The position numbers were made by a program, and so were the translations under genes. Shown in pieces: positions 57,439-64,000 of a stretch of 64,000 nt of DNA. The notes below the pieces were generated by a model. The model saw nothing but the letters and a program-made list of their open reading frames with translations, was not told the DNA's origin and did no database searches. Within the stretch, counting starts at the first letter, position 1. Each line of letters starts with the position of its first letter. This stretch comes from Rhizophagus irregularis (taxonomy: Eukaryota), in the NCBI RefSeq assembly GCF_026210795.1, contig NC_089429.1:1364001-1428000 (forward strand). The letters run 5' to 3'.

Positions 57439-57975
57439 CACAGGTCAAAAAGTGAAAAATCAGGCACCAATCGGTCACCAATCAGGTAGCTGATTGGTGA
57501 CTGATTGGTGACTGGTTGGTACCTGATTGGCATTTTCGCCAAATACCGTCACCAATCAGGCAGTTTGCTAACTTTTGATCCAGTGATCAGAAAAAGATGA
57601 AATATAGCTCATTGGAATCGTCTCAACAAGACGAATCTAATGGTAGTAAAATCGCATCTCTAGGATTGATAGTTAATAAAAAATTAAATAAAATATAAAT
57701 GATACATTTTCATTTTTATATTTTACTTAATTTCTCATCAAGTATTAATCCTAGAAATGCGATTTTACTACCATTAGATTCGTCTTGTTGAGACGATTCC
57801 AATGAGCTATATTTCATCTTTTTCTGATCACTGGATCAAAAGTTAGCAAACTGCCTGATTGGTGACGGTATTTGGCGAAAATGCCAATCAGGCACCAATC
57901 GGTCACCAATCAGGTACCTGATTGGTGACCGATTGGTGACTGATTGATGCCTGATTTTTCACTTTTCGACCTGTG
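57439..57975. mobile_element. Near-perfect palindromic CMC-like MITE
   Basis: Ends cacaggtc / gacctgtg; 3-bp TSD cag; arms almost fully complementary. Confidence 0.9.
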
Positions 57976-59064
57976 CAGTCACCTATCATGCATATACCCG
58001 ATACCCGATTCATCCAAAATTCAAAAATAAAAGAAATATAATTTATGTTTCTTTAATATATTAAAAAATTCCTAAGCTTACAATTTCAAGTCTAGGTTCA
58101 TCCAAAAGTCCGGCAACCTAAAAAAAGAAGAAAGAATCGTTTAGTAACATTTCTTAAAGAATAAAATAAAAAAACTACCCACCCTTTTTTTACCTAAATT
58201 CCAAAGTTCAGGTTGTATTATTCGTCCGGCAACCTAAAAAAAAGAAAAAGAGAAAAGAGAAGCATTAAAAACGTTTCTCTTAAAAAAAACAAAAAATATT
58301 ACTCCGCTTATCTGGGTCATCTAAAAGTTTTTTGAAGGTAAATACCTTTGAATTTTCATTTCACCATCCCGGAGACCTAAAAATTAAACCAAAATGTTAA
58401 TTACGTTTTGTTGAAAAACAAAAAAAAATAAATTTTTTCAAAGATAAATAAATACCTTTGAATTTTCATTTTACCATCCAGGAATCTGAATACCTATAAA
58501 AAAATAAAATCAAATATTAGTTACGTTTCATTGAAAAAAAAATAACAAAATTAGAAGAATTTTGAAGTATACTTTGAAATTCTATCCAAGGATCTAAGGA
58601 TTCTGCTAACCTACGCCGATGCCTATAAAATAAATGAAAATAAGGTTGGTTAGTTAAATAAAAAAAAATTTGAAATAAAAAGTTTAGAAGCATTTATTCG
58701 CTTCAAAACTTACCAATCCAAAGCCTAAAGAGTAACTGAACCGATACCTAAAAAATAAAATAAGAAAATAAATTAAATTAACTTAAAAAAAAATAATAAA
58801 TTTCAAAGCTTTTGCTTCGAAACTCACATATACAATGCCCATCACAAGGATATCCGATATCTACATACAAATAAAAAAAATTAATTAAATTAAAAAAAAA
58901 TTATTTCAAATAAATTTCAAAGCAAAATGCTTTGAACTTTGAAGCTTACCTATCCAATGCCTATCCAAGGGTATCCGATGGAATTAATAACCTATAAAAT
59001 AAAATAAAATAAAAATTATTAATTAATTAAAAAAAAATTATTTCAAAGTTTTCAAATTTACCTA

Positions 59065-59586
59065 CATCAGGAAATTTGTTTAGGCGTAATTTAGTGTAAT
59101 ATTTTGAAGGTGGTGTAAAATTTCGAAATATTACACTAAAAACGTAATATTACAAAAGTTTACGCTCTTAAATTTGAATAATTATAGTAATTTAAGAATA
59201 TCTCGCTATCTACTGATCCAATCAAGACGATCTATAGCTCATTGGAATCAGCTCATCAAGACGGATCGAATGGTAGTAAAATCGCATTTCTACAGTTGAT
59301 AGAACGCTCTATAGTATGCAGTAAAGTTTTAAAGTAATAGAAAATCATCTATCGAACGTAAAGATACGATTTTACTACCATTCGATTCGTCTTGATGAGC
59401 TGATTCCAATGAGCTATAGATCGTCTTGATTGGATCAGTAGATAGCGAGATATTCTTAAATTACTATAATTATTCAAATTTAAGAGCGTAAACTTTTGTA
59501 ATATTACGTTTTTAGTGTAATATTTCGAAATTTTACACCACCTTCGAAATATTACACTAAATTACGCCTAAACAAATTTCCTGATG
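59065..59586. mobile_element. Near-perfect palindromic MITE with TA TSD
   Basis: catcaggaaatttgtttaggcg... / ...cgcctaaacaaatttcctgatg; inserted into a minus-strand short exon. Confidence 0.9.
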
Positions 59587-59829
59587 TATATATCCAAAGC
59601 CCAAGAGCTAAAAGCCAAAACCTAACAAATAAAGAAAAAAAAATCAAAAAAAAAATCATTTTTTTGTTTTAATAAAAAGTTTCGAAGCTCTTCGAAACTC
59701 ACATATCCAAAGCTGCTCATGTCAAGAGCTAAAAGCCGATCGTGAAACCTACAAAGAAAAAAATTAAAAAATAATTATTTTTTTTTTTAACAAAAGAATT
59801 TTTGAAGCTCTTCGGAACTCACTTATATC

Positions 59830-61149
59830 AGGACCCCAGAAAATGCTTATATATGTAAGGTACCAAGGTGCTTAGCCAACATAGAAAAATTTTATGATGT
59901 AAGAATTTTATAATGCTTAATTTTAAGAAAATTTTATACTATGTAAGATAATTAAATTGCATATTTTTGGTATTATTTTAAAATACTAAGAGTTTCTAGT
60001 TGCTTATTTTTCATATTTATAGAACTTTTTAAATTATTATATATTGAATTTATAATTAATTTTTATTTATTTTCACTAACGGTAAGTGTTAATTTTGTAC
60101 TACATTTCACGATTTTATATAAATACATAAACAAAAATTTTTTTTGATGGAATTTCAGTTTTTTTTTTCAATGTTTTATTAATTATCTTTCAATAGTATC
60201 TTTTTAATTTTTATTAAACTCAGTGTATTATTTTTAATATAAAATTACTATATTATACATGTTTATTTTGTTAAATAAAATTACTGTAAATATGTTTTAC
60301 TTTAAAATATAATTTCACTACTTACCACTTTGGTTATATCAAATTATCTTTTATGCTTAAGTAAGGTTATTCAGCAAGTTAAATCTACTTGTATTTTAAT
60401 TTTCATAAGGCTAAGTATGATATTTATATAGAAAAGCATATTTTTTTTAACGGTAATAACTTTTAAATTTTTCACTTTTCGTTTATAACTTCAGAGCGTA
60501 ATTACACCACTTCAGTCAAATGAAATCGACTTTCTAAATTAATTGAATGTTGTTCAGCAAGGTCGAAACTACTTATATATTAATTTTTATAAGTGTGGGT
60601 ATAATACTTATGGAGAAAAGTGCATTTTTCATAACGGTACTAACTTCCGAATTTTTCATTTCTCCGTTTACAACTTCAGAGCGTAATTACACCCCTTTGG
60701 TCAAATGAAATCGACTTTCTAAATTAATTGATAATTGTTCAGCAAGGTCGAAACTACCTATATATTAATTTTTATGGGTGTAAGTATAATACTTATGGAG
60801 AAATTTACATTTTTTGTAATAGTATTAATTTCGAATTTTTCTCTTACTGTTTATTAACTTTATTAATTGAATATTATTAATCTACTTGTATATTATGTTT
60901 AGTTTTATAGCTTCACAACATATTTAAAATTGGATTTAATAAAATATATTAATTAATAAATATATTTTATAAATTATATGTGTTATAATAAAAATTTAAT
61001 TAGGTTAGAAGATTGATTTGCTTATTTTTATATAATTTTTAAGGTTAGATATCAACAATGCTTAGCGATCATAGTAAAAACCTGTGCTTAGAGCTACTAA
61101 TAAAAAATATTTTTGGGACCTTACCTATATAAGTATTTTCCGGGGTCCT
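59830..61149. mobile_element. TIR element with 8-bp TSD containing 185-bp repeats
   Basis: TIRs aggaccccagaaaatgcttata / tataagtattttccggggtcct; TSD cttatatc; a similar terminus lies at 33999. Confidence 0.85.
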
Positions 61150-61369
61150 CTTATATCCAAAGCCCAAAATAAAGAAAAAAATTAAAAAAAAAAAGTTTTT
61201 TTAATAAAAAGTTTCGAAACTTTCAAAACTCACCTATATCCAAAGTTCATGAGCCAGAAGCCAATATCTAATTAAATATAATATAAATTAAAAAAAATAT
61301 TTTATAAAAAAGTTTTGAAGTGAATTTCACTTTGAAACTTACCATTCTAAAACTTAAAGACATCGTAAC

Positions 61370-63379
61370 TAGTGCTCTGAACGAGTCGAGTTGAATCTGA
61401 GTCTAAATTGATACTCAACTTGACTCGAGTCAACCCAGTTCAGCCTGCTTAAAAATAATGCTTTAATAACTACGTTTTTAGTTGCAATGAATACACCTGC
61501 ACACACCCATTTATCTCTATTCCTGATCACCGTTCTGAAAGAAGAGACCGTTCCTAAAAAAAATAAGAATAAGGTGAGTAAAAAAAAGAACAATAAAATC
61601 AAAGAAAAAAATGAAAAAAAAATGAAAATATACTAACCTCCTGCCTTCTTAGAAGTTTACCGAAATCACCGTTCTGAAAGAAGATACCATTCCTGCTGAA
61701 GAAATAAGAATAAGGTGAGTAAAGAAAGAATAATAAAATCAAAGAAAAAAATGAAAAAAAATGCAAATATACTAACCTTCCGCACCTCTTGCATTTTTAG
61801 AAGTTGCCATTCTAAAAGAAGAGACCATTTCTAAAGATATAAGAATAAAGTAAGCAAAAAAAGAAACCCGAAAAAAAATGAAAATGTACTAACCTTCCGC
61901 ACCTTTTGCATTCTAGAAGTCCACCGAAATTAAAGTTGCAGCTCGAAAAAGCTCAAGCCGGCTCGCCTACAAAAAAAAATCAGTTTCGGACTTTCGGTCA
62001 TATGACTTACCGAACTGATTTATCAGTTGATAATCTTTTTTTATTACAGTAAAAAAAAAGATTATTAAAAAACGGGTTTATTTTTTTTATAATGAACTCG
62101 GCCTTACACCCTTAAACTGAATGCGAAAGGTAAGCGGATTTATATTTTTTTTTTTAATTGATTTAAGAACGTTACTAACGTTCTTTTTCACCTTTTTCTT
62201 CTAGAAACACCTTCTGGGACTGGAATTTGGCGAAATGGTAGGTTGAGAAGACTGCTGAAAAGGGGGGGAGTGTTTTTTTTATTGTAGAAAAGCTACTAAT
62301 GTTCTCTTTCACCTTTTTCTTTTAGGAAAACCTTCTGGAGTAGGATTTTGGCGAAATGGTAGGTTGAGAAGACTTCTGAAAAGGGGGGAGTGTTTTTATT
62401 TATTGTAGGAACGCTACTAACGTTCCTTTTCCTCTTTTTTCTTTAAGAATACTTCCCAGAACTAGAATTTGGCGAAATGGTAGGTTGGGAAGACTGCTGA
62501 AAAGGGGGGAAGTGTTTTTTATTGTAGAAAAGCTACTAACGTTCTCTTTCACCTTTTTCTTTTAGGAATACCTATCATTTCAGCGAAATGGTAGGTTGAG
62601 AAGACTTCGGGAGTGTTTTTTATTGTAGGAAAACTATTAATAGCGTTTCTTTTCCTTTTTTTTCTTTAAGAATACTTCCCGGAACTAGAATTTGACGGAA
62701 TGGTAGGTTGGAGAGGAGGAGGAGTGTTTTTTTTGATCGTAAGAACGTAACTAATGTTCTTTTTTTCTTTTCTTTTTTTTTTATAGGAACGGATCTATCG
62801 GCACTATTTCTAAAGGTAATTTAGAGGGAAAGGGTCTTTTTTTATTTTGATAAGAACGTTACTAATGTTCTTTTTTCTTCTTTTTTTATAGGTGCCGTTA
62901 GAATTCGACCGGATAAGAGTTTCTATGATGAGATTGGTGGGAATTTTGGAAAAAAAATATAATTTACTATCGTATTATAAGATTGACCAAATTGTCCGGG
63001 AATATATATCTCTAAAATATAATGTATAATTATAAAGATATTGTAATAATTTATAAATTTATATTGTTGTTTCGGAAATTTGATGTATAAATTGTAATTA
63101 TAATTTATTAAATTAAATCGAATAAATAAATAAATAAATAAATACGTTAAATAATTAATCAAAACAAATTAATAGCTCGAGCCCAGCTTGGCTTGAGCCG
63201 AAATCTATCAAAGCTTGACTCAGCTCATTTGTTTCGAGCTAAGAATTATTATAGCTCGACTCGTATCAAGCCGAATCATAGAAATTTTTGTGACTTGGTT
63301 CGGCTTGGCTCAATATAATCTTCAAGCCGAGCTCGAGCCAGACCCTGGCTCGACTCAAGTCAGCTCATGCGGAACTTTA
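61370..63379. mobile_element. hAT-like element with divergent short-exon arrays
   Basis: Ends tagtgctctg / cggaacttta resemble the 36748 MITE; subterminal gagcc/ctcga repeats; TSD not preserved. Confidence 0.6.
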
Positions 63380-64000
63380 ACCAAAATTGCTGTTCTGAAA
63401 GAACCGTTTAGTCCGTTCCTGAAGAAATAAAAAAAAAACAAAAAAAAGATCAGATAATCAAATGATTCTATTTGAGTCGATCTTTTCCCGATTTGAGTCA
63501 ATTCTGAATCAAAAATTTAATAAATAAAAAAAAATTTAAAATACCGGTACCACATATCATACAAATATCGGGTGCCTGGTATACATATCGGTGACTAATA
63601 GTTTAGCTATCGGGGTCTAGGCAATTTACAATTTTAGGAATTTTCTAAGATGTAACAAATTGGGTACCCGATATGTAAAAAAGCCCAATATGTACCCGAT
63701 TAGTTACCGATATATAGGTACCCGATATGTACCCGATAGTATTGATTTTGACCAGTGGTAGGTTAGAAAAAAAGAAAAGAAGTGTATAATATAAATAAAA
63801 ATTAGTAAAAAATATACCTTTGTATTTATTTCACCTCTTTTTTGAAGTTTGCTGTTTAAAGAGAAAATAGATCTTGTTAATTATTTTTCTTTAATAAATA
63901 AAAAAAATAAATATTTAAATTACCTTGATGTGCGTTACTCTCATATTCTTCTGAAGATATATGATTAGATCTTCTTTTTCTTGAGTTTACTATATATAAA

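Larger units (their letters stand above)
55280..63757. mobile_element. ~8.5-kb CACTA/CMC-like non-autonomous element with nested insertions
   Basis: TIRs cactggtcaaaat / attttgaccagtg; 3-bp TSD gta; subterminal tacccgata/atatcggg repeats at both ends. Confidence 0.82.

Noticed and set aside
59385..59420. Hammerhead ribozyme (cttgatgag resembles CUGAUGAG)
   Set aside because: The core is not exact and no correctly placed GAAA or stems were found.

Overview
Very AT-rich eukaryotic DNA with GT-AG introns and CTAAC/TACTAAC branch points. The gene families (TKL-type kinases, kinase-Sel1, F-box-like, Plavaka and hAT transposases, RNase H LINE) point to an arbuscular mycorrhizal fungus (Glomeromycotina, Rhizophagus-like); this is inference. 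The left half (1-33 kb) holds kinase, Sel1 and F-box genes and pseudogenes. The right half (34-64 kb) is a nest of transposons whose ends and target-site duplications (TSDs) can be read directly. Standout: what looks like a ~95-bp AT-rich minisatellite at 18.6-22.15 kb is an array of 37 three-nucleotide micro-exons plus one 1-nt exon. Spliced in phase 1 after an ATG exon at 16281, it gives a stop-free peptide continuing in frame into a kinase/coiled-coil gene. Also notable: a tRNA-headed ~1-kb SINE-like element stacked repeatedly at one target sequence, a loxP/dif-like palindromic motif shared by unrelated MITE families, and apparently non-coding short-exon arrays carried inside transposons. 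All coordinates were read by eye.
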